Positions 13,529 through 22,063 of a stretch of 32,000 nt of DNA are shown here, one piece after another. The DNA comes from an archaeon (lineage in GTDB: Archaea; Thermoproteota; Nitrososphaeria; Nitrososphaerales; Gagatemarchaeaceae), in assembly GCA_021819105.1 (NCBI GenBank), contig JAKASK010000002.1, positions 86,992-118,991 on the forward strand, read 5' to 3'. Within the stretch, counting starts at the first letter, position 1; every line of letters begins with the position of its first letter. The position numbers and the translations under genes were made by a program. The notes beneath the pieces were generated by a model. The model saw nothing but the letters and a program-made list of their open reading frames with translations. It was not told the origin of the DNA and did no database searches.

Positions 13529-15297
13529 CAGCTTTTGCCTCCATCCGTCCCCGCGGCCTGTGCGCCGAGCTCACTCCCGCGCATCCTGCTCAACTTCAGC
13601 ATCTTGGCTATCGCCCTCGACACCCCGGCCATCCTTGACGAACCCCGACCGCTTGAGCTTGGCGTTGCCGCCGGGACCGGAGCGAGCTTCAGCCCCACCG
13701 GAACCGGGACCCGCGTGTAGATCACGTTGGGGTCGTAGGTCCCCTCGTTGATTTTCGCCTGGGTCTCAAGGGCCATCCCAGCCGTCAGCCAGACCGGTAC
13801 CGACACCGGGTTAGGCTTGCCCATTCTCCATGTCATGAGGACGTTGGTCGTGAACGCTATCACAGAAATCCCGGCAAGCCACGCCCCTATCATCGCCATC
13901 TGGAACCAGGGCTCGTACAGAGCCGGCCAGGCGATCTCTCTCCTTACTGCCCCTTCGATCCCCTGGACTTTGAAGGCGACTTCTAGGGCGCCCATGCCCA
14001 CCGACCAGCCGATGAAGTGGAAGATGCCGAGGCCGGGGGAGTAGAGCTTCCTGCCGAGGAGTTCCGGGATCATCCAGTACAGGAATGCGAAGAACGACCC
14101 CAGCGTGAACGTCGCCATCATGAAGTGGATGTGAGCAGGGATCCACATGGTGTTGTGGACAGTGAAGTCGAGCGCAGGGATAGGCTGCAACGGCTCCGCG
14201 GTCGCCCCTCCCACGATGTTGCCCGCGATGGCTGCGATTATGAAGAGAAGGCTGGCGTCGTACTTCGGCTTCGTGTACTTCAGGGTGATCAGGAGTATGG
14301 TCCAGATTATCACGAACGGGACCGCGATCATCTCCGTGGCCACCTGGGCGAAGACATCCCTGATCCAGAGCGGAATCGGGTCCACGGCCATGTGGTGGAT
14401 GTACACCGACATGCTGAGCACGAACAAGACGGGTATCATGTATCTGACCATGCGCTCGCTGTACACAGGCCTCTTCGCGTAGATCGTGACCATCCAGACG
14501 GCCAGGCCGAGCACGAGGAAAGACCCGAAGTACACGAGCGGATGGCTCTCGAACCAGAACGCGGCTCTGAATACCTCCACGTTGGGGATCGCGAAGACGT
14601 CGAACCCGAGGCCTCCCAGCGGAGAGAGTATGGTCCAGATGATCGCCCCGAGGACCGTGATTATCCCGATGCCCATTGCGATGCAGTCCATGATGATGAA
14701 CGATACAGGGATGGAGAACTTTTCGTTGGGAAGCTTGTCTACGTAAGCCGTAGCTATCAGGGCTATGATCAGGAGCTCGTCTCCGACGAACTGGATCAGT
14801 TCAGCCACATAGAACGAAGCAGGGTTCTTCAGGGGGATCAGGAAAGTGAACATGTACTGCGAGTTCGAGCCGATGACCATCATCAGCCCAAAGACAACCA
14901 GCCAGTGTCCGAGGTTAGCCATCCACGGCATACCGAGTTTCTTCGTCCCCCTTATGGTGGGGACGGCGTAGTAGGCGATTGAGAAGCCCAGGGTGAAGAT
15001 TGTTCCGAAGAACATCACCACCGCGTGGTATGTCATCATCTGGAAGTAGGCGATGGTGGAATAACCAAGTTCCTGCAACGGAAGGAGGTTCCCTGTGAAG
15101 GAGAACCCTGACTGGGTCCTCAGGTCGAGGCCGAATGACCCGGCTATGAAAAGCCACATCATCCCGAAGCAGACAAGCTTGATCGAGAAGTGTTTGTACC
15201 CCTTGCTGTAAATGATCGACTTGAATATGTTGAACGCCTTGTTGGGCACTTCCTCCTCTTCTATCTCGGGGGCGACCGGCTCGGACTTCGCTGACAT
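13528..15297 (-). CDS. coxA: Heme-copper oxidase subunit I (B-type-like)
   Basis: 589 aa with more than 12 TM helices. Ligand motifs: helix II His (MTYHAVVMFFG); CuB His plus cross-link Tyr (ESHPLVYF, compare the ba3 HPIVYF); IHHMAV; and WIPAHIHFMMA. Confidence 0.95.
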   Translation of the reverse strand: MSAKSEPVAPEIEEEEVPNKAFNIFKSIIYSKGYKHFSIKLVCFGMMWLFIAGSFGLDLRTQSGFSFTGNLLPLQELGYSTIAYFQMMTYHAVVMFFGTIFTLGFSIAYYAVPTIRGTKKLGMPWMANLGHWLVVFGLMMVIGSNSQYMFTFLIPLKNPASFYVAELIQFVGDELLIIALIATAYVDKLPNEKFSIPVSFIIMDCIAMGIGIITVLGAIIWTILSPLGGLGFDVFAIPNVEVFRAAFWFESHPLVYFGSFLVLGLAVWMVTIYAKRPVYSERMVRYMIPVLFVLSMSVYIHHMAVDPIPLWIRDVFAQVATEMIAVPFVIIWTILLITLKYTKPKYDASLLFIIAAIAGNIVGGATAEPLQPIPALDFTVHNTMWIPAHIHFMMATFTLGSFFAFLYWMIPELLGRKLYSPGLGIFHFIGWSVGMGALEVAFKVQGIEGAVRREIAWPALYEPWFQMAMIGAWLAGISVIAFTTNVLMTWRMGKPNPVSVPVWLTAGMALETQAKINEGTYDPNVIYTRVPVPVGLKLAPVPAATPSSSGRGSSRMAGVSRAIAKMLKLSRMRGSELGAQAAGTDGGKS

Positions 15298-15301
15298 CTT
15301 A

Positions 15302-15898
15302 TCAGCTCGCTGACCCGTTCAGAATCTCGGGCAGGTTCCCGCCCAACATCTTCGATTGCAGCGCCACGCCCGCTGAGCCGTGCGGCACCACTATGATCAG
15401 GGCGTCCATCCAGGGGTGTCCCAGACCCTGGGCGGTCACTCCGCAGTACTCAGAGCACATGACGTGGTAGAGGGACTGGTTGCCCTGGAACACCGTCGGC
15501 TGGAAGTTCCAAGTCACGAAGTCTGTGTACCCAGGAACGGCCATGACACCGAACTGAATCCCCTGTGTGGCGAAATTCCCTTCCGTGTTGACGTAGAACC
15601 CGTGGGTCACGTCCATGCTGCGGACGATGAACAACACAGGCACCCCTGCCTGAACCACTGTCACTGTAGGAGCCCCCACCACGTGCGGTGAGAACAGGAA
15701 CTGCCACTGCTCGCATGTCACGTAGACCACCTGATAGGGGCCCTGAATCGGCGGGTAGTCTGCCTGGGCGACCCCTTCCCCTACGTTGTTGGCAATCTGG
15801 TAGCCGGCGTAGTCGTAGGGAGTGTAGACAACCTCGAGGACCACGACGGTCAGGAACAGTATTAGCGTCCACGCAACCAGAACATTGCGCTTCTTCAA
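15302..15898 (-). CDS. coxB: Heme-copper oxidase subunit II with CuA cupredoxin domain (single TM)
   Basis: 198 aa with a TTG start, ending 4 nt upstream of subunit I. CuA ligands are DVTHGF ... CSEYCGVTAQGLGHPWM (Cys-x3-Cys-x8-His-x2-Met). Confidence 0.9.
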   Translation of the reverse strand: MKKRNVLVAWTLILFLTVVVLEVVYTPYDYAGYQIANNVGEGVAQADYPPIQGPYQVVYVTCEQWQFLFSPHVVGAPTVTVVQAGVPVLFIVRSMDVTHGFYVNTEGNFATQGIQFGVMAVPGYTDFVTWNFQPTVFQGNQSLYHVMCSEYCGVTAQGLGHPWMDALIIVVPHGSAGVALQSKMLGGNLPEILNGSAS

Positions 15899-15906
15899 AA
15901 CGACGG

Positions 15907-15920
15907 CCTAACGTGTTAGG
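15907..15920. promoter_or_regulatory. Perfect palindromic operator-like site CCTAAC-GT-GTTAGG
   Basis: Perfect 6-2-6 inverted repeat between the TATA box (15925-15934) and the TTG start (15898) of the oxidase operon. Confidence 0.65.
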
Positions 15921-15924
15921 GTTG

Positions 15925-15934
15925 AATTAAAAAA
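15925..15934 (-). promoter_or_regulatory. TATA box (TTTTTTAATT) of the oxidase operon
   Basis: A/T decamer centred about 31 nt upstream of the TTG at 15898. Confidence 0.55.
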
Positions 15935-15984
15935 CCTTTACAATCTCAGGGTAGACCGATTCTACGGGTAGGTATTAGGGGGGC

Positions 15985-16812
15985 CTAGTGGAGAAGGGCG
16001 GCGAAATAGAGCAACAGGATGCCCAGGGCCAGGAACCCGAAGACCTCCGGCCCATAGTGGGCAGGCACCCGGCCTTTCCCTTCCACCCCTGAACCGATCG
16101 GCTCCACCAGCCTGACGGTCGCATAAAGAGCGGCCGTGACCCCGAATGCGAAGAGGTAGGTGGTGTCGAACGAGTAGAAGTATCCCAACGCTGCGCCGAC
16201 GGCGGACGGCCCTGCGAAGAGGAGCCCCAGCAGGGGGACCTCCCACCAGCGGCCGCTGCCTGGACCCCCCTTCAGATAGACGGCATACAAGATGGCGACG
16301 ATGCCGGCCTCGAGGAACTTGTGGATGGGATAGGAGACTAAGGCAGGGAAGGTGACGAAGGCCTGGATCAGGGTCTGGAGGTAGCTCCCTGTCGAGGGCG
16401 CCGACGCCACCGCCGAGACGGCGCTCCACCCTTCGCCCAACCCGTGTACCCCCATCACGAGGGCGACCGCCGCCGGGATGAGGAAGGTCGCATTCCTGCT
16501 TGGGGTGCGCCCCGGCACGGGCACAGAAGCCTGATCGAAGAAAGCGAGGACCGCCACGCCGGCCACGAAGGCGCCTATGAGCATCAGGTGGGGGAACCCT
16601 CCGAAAAGGTAGAACGGATAGAGTGATCTGTTCTCCCCAAGGGAAGCAGCCTCCCCCATGGTGTCGTAGAAGAACCAGAAAGCCAGTCCGACCCCGAAGG
16701 CTGCAAGGTACCTTTCGCGCACCTTCAGCGCCGGAAGGAGGTAGAGTGAGGCATAGACTGGCACGAAGGTGGCCAGAGCCAGGCTCCCCACGATAACCGC
16801 GAAGGATATCAT
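15985..16812 (-). CDS. Polytopic membrane protein, divergent ZIP-like metal permease (tentative)
   Basis: 275 aa with about 8 TM helices. GVHGLGEGWS and IHKFLEAGIV resemble the paired ZIP motifs HNxPEGxA and H(K/N)xPEG. Lies downstream of the CuA-like cupredoxin gene. Confidence 0.45.
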   Translation of the reverse strand: MISFAVIVGSLALATFVPVYASLYLLPALKVRERYLAAFGVGLAFWFFYDTMGEAASLGENRSLYPFYLFGGFPHLMLIGAFVAGVAVLAFFDQASVPVPGRTPSRNATFLIPAAVALVMGVHGLGEGWSAVSAVASAPSTGSYLQTLIQAFVTFPALVSYPIHKFLEAGIVAILYAVYLKGGPGSGRWWEVPLLGLLFAGPSAVGAALGYFYSFDTTYLFAFGVTAALYATVRLVEPIGSGVEGKGRVPAHYGPEVFGFLALGILLLYFAALLH

Positions 16813-16885
16813 TTCTTGGGCGTGGTTTCCGCGGTTCCCAGGCGTGTTAAGACTTGCGTCCGGTGGACCCGACGGACCGCCGTGC

Positions 16886-17464
16886 CTAGGACACCACCAG
16901 GGCTCCGTTCTGCATCGATGGGTGGATGGAGCAGAATATGCCGCAGTACACCCTGAACGTCCCCGCCTCCGTCGCGGTGAAGGTCACGTCGTAGGACTGG
17001 CCCGCCGGGATGGTGACGAGGTTTTGTTGCCCGTTCTGCTGGATGTCATCATAGTAGGTTATCTGGAACCCGTGAGGCTCGCTGGGTGCGCAGTTGATCA
17101 CATGTATCGACACCACCTGGCCCACCTTCACGTTCATGATTGGCCACTGGGTCGTGGTAGGGACGTAGAGGCTCCCGTTGAGGCCACCGTAGGGGCTTGG
17201 GTAGTCTCCCTCGACTATCAGAAAGTAGGCGTGGCCGCCTGAGCCTCCGCTCGCCACGTGCTCAACCTGGGTGCCGTTGGTCTGCGGCACCGAGCTGCAC
17301 GTCGCTTGCATGAAGCTCGGCTCGCCCGTAGGTGGGGGCGACGAGGAGGAGAGCACAAGGAAGGCGGCCCCGCCGATGGCCAGCAGGACCACTCCTCCGA
17401 GCAACAGATACTTGTTGCGATTCGAACTCCTGGGGCCGCCCGCCGAGCCAGCTACGGCGGTCAA
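16886..17464 (-). CDS. Membrane-anchored CuA-like cupredoxin (subunit-II-like, non-canonical loop)
   Basis: 192 aa with a TTG start 37 nt after the thioredoxin stop, and one TM. Motifs SEPHGFQITYYD ... TFRVYCGIFCSIHPSMQNGALVVS give His...Cys-x3-Cys-x2-His-x2-Met. Confidence 0.8.
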   Translation of the reverse strand: MTAVAGSAGGPRSSNRNKYLLLGGVVLLAIGGAAFLVLSSSSPPPTGEPSFMQATCSSVPQTNGTQVEHVASGGSGGHAYFLIVEGDYPSPYGGLNGSLYVPTTTQWPIMNVKVGQVVSIHVINCAPSEPHGFQITYYDDIQQNGQQNLVTIPAGQSYDVTFTATEAGTFRVYCGIFCSIHPSMQNGALVVS

Positions 17465-17501
17465 TCTGCGTCTCCGGCCCTTGTTGGCATCGGTGGAGGA
17501 C

Positions 17502-17837
17502 CTATGCCACCTTCACGAAGTTCTCGAGCTTGGATTTCAGCACTGCGGAGGGGACCGCGCCGACGATGATGTCTTCGACCTTCCCCTTCGCGAAGAACAT
17601 CACGGTGGGGATGCTCATGATCCCGAACTGCATGGCCAGCTCCTGGTTCGCGTCGGTGTCGACCTTCACGAACTTCACCTTGCCGGCGTACTCCTTTGAC
17701 AGCTGGTGAATCACTGGCTCCATCATCTTGCACGGCCCGCACCAGTCAGCATAGAAGTCGACCATGACGGGCTGCGGAGACTTCACCACCTCTTCCTGGA
17801 ACTTGCTTGCCTGCACCGCTACAACTGAGTCTGTCAT
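17502..17837 (-). CDS. trxA: Thioredoxin
   Basis: 111 aa with the WCGPCK active site and a typical thioredoxin fold sequence. TATA-like GATTTATGAA lies about 32 nt upstream. Confidence 0.95.
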   Translation of the reverse strand: MTDSVVAVQASKFQEEVVKSPQPVMVDFYADWCGPCKMMEPVIHQLSKEYAGKVKFVKVDTDANQELAMQFGIMSIPTVMFFAKGKVEDIIVGAVPSAVLKSKLENFVKVA

Positions 17838-17864
17838 TTCTGATGCAGCGACCGGTTCCCCCCT

Positions 17865-17874
17865 TCATAAATCT
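17865..17874 (-). promoter_or_regulatory. TATA-like box for the thioredoxin / CuA-like cupredoxin transcription unit
   Basis: GATTTATGAA (minus strand), centred about 32 nt upstream of the ATG at 17837. Confidence 0.5.
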
Positions 17875-17923
17875 GCCTTGGCCCGGAGTGGATGAGGTTA
17901 GGACCAACGTCGGCTAGGTCGCC

Positions 17924-18511
17924 TCAGACGACATCCAGGACCTTGAGCGTCCAGGACCCCGAAATGAGCACCCCGAGGGCGCCCATCCCCATCAGGAAAG
18001 AGTTCGAGTCCAGGTTCTGCGAAGACGAGTAGACCGTGTAGAACCCGGGCTGCCAGACGAGCATCATGGAGCCCATCATCCCGACCGAGAGGAACGTCAG
18101 CAGGAGCGCGCCTGCCCTGAACCCCCTGGGCATGGCAGTCACCGTGGTCCCGACCAGCACTCCGACGCCCAGGTAGGTGAGGTCGGCAACATACCTGAGC
18201 CCGACGTTGAGCACCGTCGCGTCGAAGGTGGGGGGGAAGTTCCAGAAAGCTAGCACAGCCCCGGGGATGATGAGCCCTCGGAGCAGGCTCCAACCCCAGC
18301 TCTTCTTCCTGTCCTTCCCTTCCGGATCTGTCCGCAGCCTTTCGAGGCCGTAGCCCAGCGAGATGGAATAGACGACGAGCAGGGCGCACTCGACCATCCT
18401 GGCCGTCAGATTGGCGTTCTCTAGCGCGTCGACCGGGGGGACCAAGATGGCCGCAATCAGCAGCACAGATGTCAGGACGAGGATGTTCGTCCGTCCCCGA
18501 TAGTCACCCAA
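17924..18511 (-). CDS. Polytopic membrane protein, possibly CtaG-type (caa3_CtaG-like) oxidase assembly factor
   Basis: 195 aa with a TTG start and about 5 TM helices. FWNFPPTFDATVLNVGLRYVADLTYLGVGVLVG resembles the W.P.lfd.a....l.h..fl..G core of the Bacillus-type CtaG family, but the usual His residues are missing. Met-rich segments (MMGSMM, MGMG). Confidence 0.35.
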   Translation of the reverse strand: MGDYRGRTNILVLTSVLLIAAILVPPVDALENANLTARMVECALLVVYSISLGYGLERLRTDPEGKDRKKSWGWSLLRGLIIPGAVLAFWNFPPTFDATVLNVGLRYVADLTYLGVGVLVGTTVTAMPRGFRAGALLLTFLSVGMMGSMMLVWQPGFYTVYSSSQNLDSNSFLMGMGALGVLISGSWTLKVLDVV

Positions 18512-18671
18512 ACTCAGATTCGTGATTACCTAGCCGCTCCTGAGGCCGCGCCCCCTTTCAGTCATTTGAACCTTCTCAGCAGCGCTTCGCCGCCCTCAAT
18601 CCTTAAAGTCGGGAAGAGGTGCTGAGGCCTGTTCTTTTGAAAGCTGCCAGGCACCACAGAGGTCTTCCTAG

Positions 18672-20771
18672 ATGACCCCGGGTGACCTTCTCCTCTGGGC
18701 CCTGGCCGCTTCGATGGCGTCGGTCATCTCCTACTCGCTGAAGTGGACCGTCGAGAACAGGAACAGGGCAGGGTCCCTGGCGGTCCCGCTGGTGGTCTTC
18801 GTCCTGGTGATGATGCTGTCGATGGTCGTCAGCGCAGTGGTCTACTTCTCCGCGCCGAGCCTGGGAACCCTCGTCGACCTCGTCGTGGTGAACATGATCG
18901 TCATGGGCGGCGGGGCCCTCCCGTTCGTCCTGGTCATCTTCAGGTCTCTCCTTGCAGAGGAAGGGAGCCCTCCAGGGACGGCGACCCAGGTCGATGCCGG
19001 CGCGAAGGTCCGCAGGTCGTGGGGAGGGCCGGGGCCGGCCGCGGCAGTGGTCACTCTTGTGCTCCTGAACGAGTTCTTCATGGGGTGGGCCTTTCAGCTT
19101 GCAGGAGGCACCTTTCCGGCGGCTCCAGGCCAAGGCTTCGTTCCGCTCTTCTCCGCGGTGGTGAGCTCATACTGGTTCCTCTTCACCATGGCCTTCGAGA
19201 TGGCGTTCACGGCCTTCCTACTCAGGAAGGAGATTTCGAGCGCACTCCTCGTGGTCATCGCCTTCCAGGCGGCTGTTATGTTCCTCTCCCCACCCGCCTT
19301 CGTAAACCCGGGGTGGGTGACCGCCAGCGTGTTCGGCAGCAGCATCCTGATGATCCTTCTGTTCATCTACGCCTTCGAGCACCTCGCAAAGAACCCGATG
19401 GTGGGTCGGACCCTCTCGAGGTACCTCATCCTCCTCTTCGGAGCCTACGCCGCGATGATGGCGGGCCTCTTCATCTGGGAGCTGAGCTCTTCCGCGTTCC
19501 TCTTTTCCCTGTCCATCCTGGCAGAAATGGGCGTCTACCTCGGCGTGGTCATGGGGGCGGACGGAGCGACGTCGATGAAGTCATGGAAGTCTGACCCGTG
19601 GTGGGTCCTCGGGGTGCTCACAGCCCTCTTTGTTGGGGAGTTCTTCATGGGAGCCCTGCTCGACGCGCAGGTGAGTGGGACGCAAGCGCTCTTCGCGACC
19701 GCGAGCCTGGTTCCGATTTCAGGCGGGGCGATCGGGTTGCTGAGCTCGTCGGTCTTCGACTTCCTCGGGTTCTTTTCCGCCGTCACCCTCTCCCCCTGGT
19801 TCCTAGTCATGATGGGGGCGGAGATGGGCGCGCTCGTCTTCTTCAGGATGAGGGAGGTAAGGGAGCTCGAGACCAGGGTGAGGCTTGGCATGGTGATCGT
19901 CGCCTACGGCGTCTACACCGTTCTCCTTCCCAACTTCCTGATACCGGGCTCGGCGCTCCCGAAGATTCCTTTCATAGGGTGGAACATGGGGGTCGGGACA
20001 GGCGGCCCGGTCGCGCCTGCGCTCTTGGTGGCCCTTGTCGGGACCTACGTCTTTTCGGGGGCCCTGTCGTTCCTCTTCGGGGCCCGGCAGTTCTGCTCCA
20101 TGTTCTGCAGCGCGGCGCTGATGTACCAGGGGACGTTCTATGACTCGATGAAGAGCTTCAACAGGACTTCGGCTATCGGCAGGAAGCTCCTCACCAGCAG
20201 GTTGTCTGACCTCTACAAGGCCGTGTTCTCGCTGGTGTGGGTCTCCCTCATCGCCGCCGTCGTTGTGTCCTACCTTGACTCCACGGGGGTCGCCCGACTC
20301 TACGTCTTTGGGACGGACCCGACCGTCTTCCTGTACACCTTCTACTTCGGCTTCCTCTGGTACATCGTCTTCGTGACGATACCCTTCGTCGGTACCTACG
20401 GCTGCGTGACTTTAGGGTGGTGCCACTGGGGCACCTTCAACCAGATAGTCAGCAGGCTGGGGTTCTTCAAGCTGAAGGTCCGTGACCCGAACGTCTGCGT
20501 GACCTGCGAGACAAAGGACTGCGCGAAGGCGTGTCCGGTGGGGCTCACGGACATGCCGGGGAGCTTCATGGCGAAGGGGGAGTACAAGAGCTCGAAGTGC
20601 ATCGGAGTGGGCGACTGCGTCGGAGCGTGTCCCTACAGCAACGAATACTTCTTCGACGTGAGGGGATGGCTTCGGGGTAGATCGAAAGGCGGGGGCGGGG
20701 CCATGGTCGACCTCGATTTCACCCTGAGTCGCGGCGTCGGGCAGCCAGAGAGCAGGCCCGCGGTCTCTTGA
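18672..20771 (+). CDS. Large membrane polyferredoxin: duplicated multi-TM N-terminal domain fused to a NapH/CcoG(FixG)-like Fe-S module
   Basis: 699 aa. Internal duplication: NEFFMGWAF...FSAVVSSYWFLFTMAFEMAFTAFLLRKE versus GEFFMGALL...FSAVTLSPWFLVMMGAEMGALVFFRMRE. The C-terminal half has ARQFCSMFCS and GCVTLGWCHWG (NapH/FixG-like membrane Cys motifs), then CVTCETKDCAKACP and CIGVGDCVGACP ferredoxin motifs. Confidence 0.8.
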   Translation: MTPGDLLLWALAASMASVISYSLKWTVENRNRAGSLAVPLVVFVLVMMLSMVVSAVVYFSAPSLGTLVDLVVVNMIVMGGGALPFVLVIFRSLLAEEGSPPGTATQVDAGAKVRRSWGGPGPAAAVVTLVLLNEFFMGWAFQLAGGTFPAAPGQGFVPLFSAVVSSYWFLFTMAFEMAFTAFLLRKEISSALLVVIAFQAAVMFLSPPAFVNPGWVTASVFGSSILMILLFIYAFEHLAKNPMVGRTLSRYLILLFGAYAAMMAGLFIWELSSSAFLFSLSILAEMGVYLGVVMGADGATSMKSWKSDPWWVLGVLTALFVGEFFMGALLDAQVSGTQALFATASLVPISGGAIGLLSSSVFDFLGFFSAVTLSPWFLVMMGAEMGALVFFRMREVRELETRVRLGMVIVAYGVYTVLLPNFLIPGSALPKIPFIGWNMGVGTGGPVAPALLVALVGTYVFSGALSFLFGARQFCSMFCSAALMYQGTFYDSMKSFNRTSAIGRKLLTSRLSDLYKAVFSLVWVSLIAAVVVSYLDSTGVARLYVFGTDPTVFLYTFYFGFLWYIVFVTIPFVGTYGCVTLGWCHWGTFNQIVSRLGFFKLKVRDPNVCVTCETKDCAKACPVGLTDMPGSFMAKGEYKSSKCIGVGDCVGACPYSNEYFFDVRGWLRGRSKGGGGAMVDLDFTLSRGVGQPESRPAVS

Positions 20772-20776
20772 GAGGG

Positions 20777-22012
20777 TCAGTCTTGAAGGGGAGGTGGTCG
20801 GGCGACGACCCCCGCCCTGGACTTCGCCATCGCGTCTGAAAGCGGGGTGCTCTTCAGCTCGTCCGCTGAGGGGTTGTATGTGACCAGGGTCGCCCCTTCG
20901 ACGACGCGCCAGACCAGCTTCTCCAGCCCCAGGCGGGCCACGGCGTCCGAGACCTCCTCCGCCTTCACCCTGGTCCTCGGGTGCCTGGTGATGATGGCGC
21001 AGCAGTCCTTGTACTCCTCCAGCGACAGGTCGTAGGTGGAGATCCGCCTTGCCATCCCGATTATCTCCTCCTTGTCGAAAGTGAGGAGCGGCCTCAGGAT
21101 TGGAAGGCTGGACCCCCGGTCGAAGGCACCGATGTTCCAGAGGGTCTGGGACGCGGCCTGCGAAAGCGAGTCCCCGGTCACGATCGCAGAGGCGCCGAAC
21201 CACGGCGCAAGGGCCTCGCAGGTCATCCGCATGAACCTCCTGAACAAGGAAGGCTCGAGGCCGCCCTCCTCCCCCGAAGTGGCTAGCTGATACTCGGCGA
21301 AGGGGACAAGGACCATGGTGCTCTTCCCTCCATAGGAAGAGAGGGCCTTCACGAGCCGGGGGACCTTGCTTTCGAAGGTGGCGAGAGGGGAAGGCGCGAG
21401 GTAGAAGTGGACGTAGACCGGGACGCATCCGCGCTTCATCGTCAACCAGGCGGCCACGGGGGAGTCGATGCCCCCCGAGAACAGCACCATCACGCGCCCC
21501 GCGGTCCCGACCGGAAGGCCCCCAGGCCCTCCCTGTTTTCTGGAGTAGACGATGGCGTTGCTCCTGGTGACGTCGACATGGAAGACGACCTCGGGGTGGG
21601 AAAGGTCGACCCTCTTCCCTGTCTGCTCCACGACAGCGCCCCCCAGGTCCGCCGCGATCTCCTGCGACTTCATGGGGAACGACTTGTCCGACCGCCTCGC
21701 CTCGACTTTGAACGTACTTCCGGCGGCCTCCCTTGCCAGCTGTAGAACCGAGGAGCGGATCTTCGGGAGGTCCCTCTCGACGATGGAGGCGGGAGAGAAC
21801 CACGCGACCCCGAAGGTAGAGCTTATGCTCCTTTCGATCTTTTCATCCGGCCCGTCGGCCGAGACAAGCAGCCTTCCTTCGCTGAGCGTTACCTGAGGCT
21901 GCATCCCCGATAAGGCACGGTAGAGGTTCCTCCTCAGGGTGCGGACGAACTCGGGCCTGTTCTTCCCCTTGAGCGCGACTTCGGCATAGTGCACTACGTA
22001 GACCCGAGCCAT
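20777..22012 (-). CDS. thiI: tRNA 4-thiouridine synthase / sulfurtransferase ThiI
   Basis: 411 aa. N-terminal ferredoxin-like plus THUMP region (VHYAEVALKGKNRPEF) and the PP-loop SGGIDSPVAAW. Confidence 0.9.
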   Translation of the reverse strand: MARVYVVHYAEVALKGKNRPEFVRTLRRNLYRALSGMQPQVTLSEGRLLVSADGPDEKIERSISSTFGVAWFSPASIVERDLPKIRSSVLQLAREAAGSTFKVEARRSDKSFPMKSQEIAADLGGAVVEQTGKRVDLSHPEVVFHVDVTRSNAIVYSRKQGGPGGLPVGTAGRVMVLFSGGIDSPVAAWLTMKRGCVPVYVHFYLAPSPLATFESKVPRLVKALSSYGGKSTMVLVPFAEYQLATSGEEGGLEPSLFRRFMRMTCEALAPWFGASAIVTGDSLSQAASQTLWNIGAFDRGSSLPILRPLLTFDKEEIIGMARRISTYDLSLEEYKDCCAIITRHPRTRVKAEEVSDAVARLGLEKLVWRVVEGATLVTYNPSADELKSTPLSDAMAKSRAGVVARPPPLQD

Positions 22013-22063
22013 CTCGGGGCAGCCTCGGCGTGCGCGGATAAAGCAGTTCGGGCGACTGGAGGC

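Noticed and set aside
14017-14982. 321-aa plus-strand ORF antisense to oxidase subunit I, plus similar ORFs at 8354..9187, 5331..5949, 9733..10632 and 30874..31683
   Set aside because: All are antisense or out of frame relative to strongly supported genes and have Arg/Asp/His/Pro-biased compositions. They are artefacts of stop-codon scarcity.
20412-21803. 463-aa minus-strand ORF in a different frame across thiI and the end of the polyferredoxin gene
   Set aside because: Extremely Arg/Gly/Pro-rich with no motifs. It overlaps thiI (PP-loop, THUMP), which explains the region, so it is a shadow ORF.
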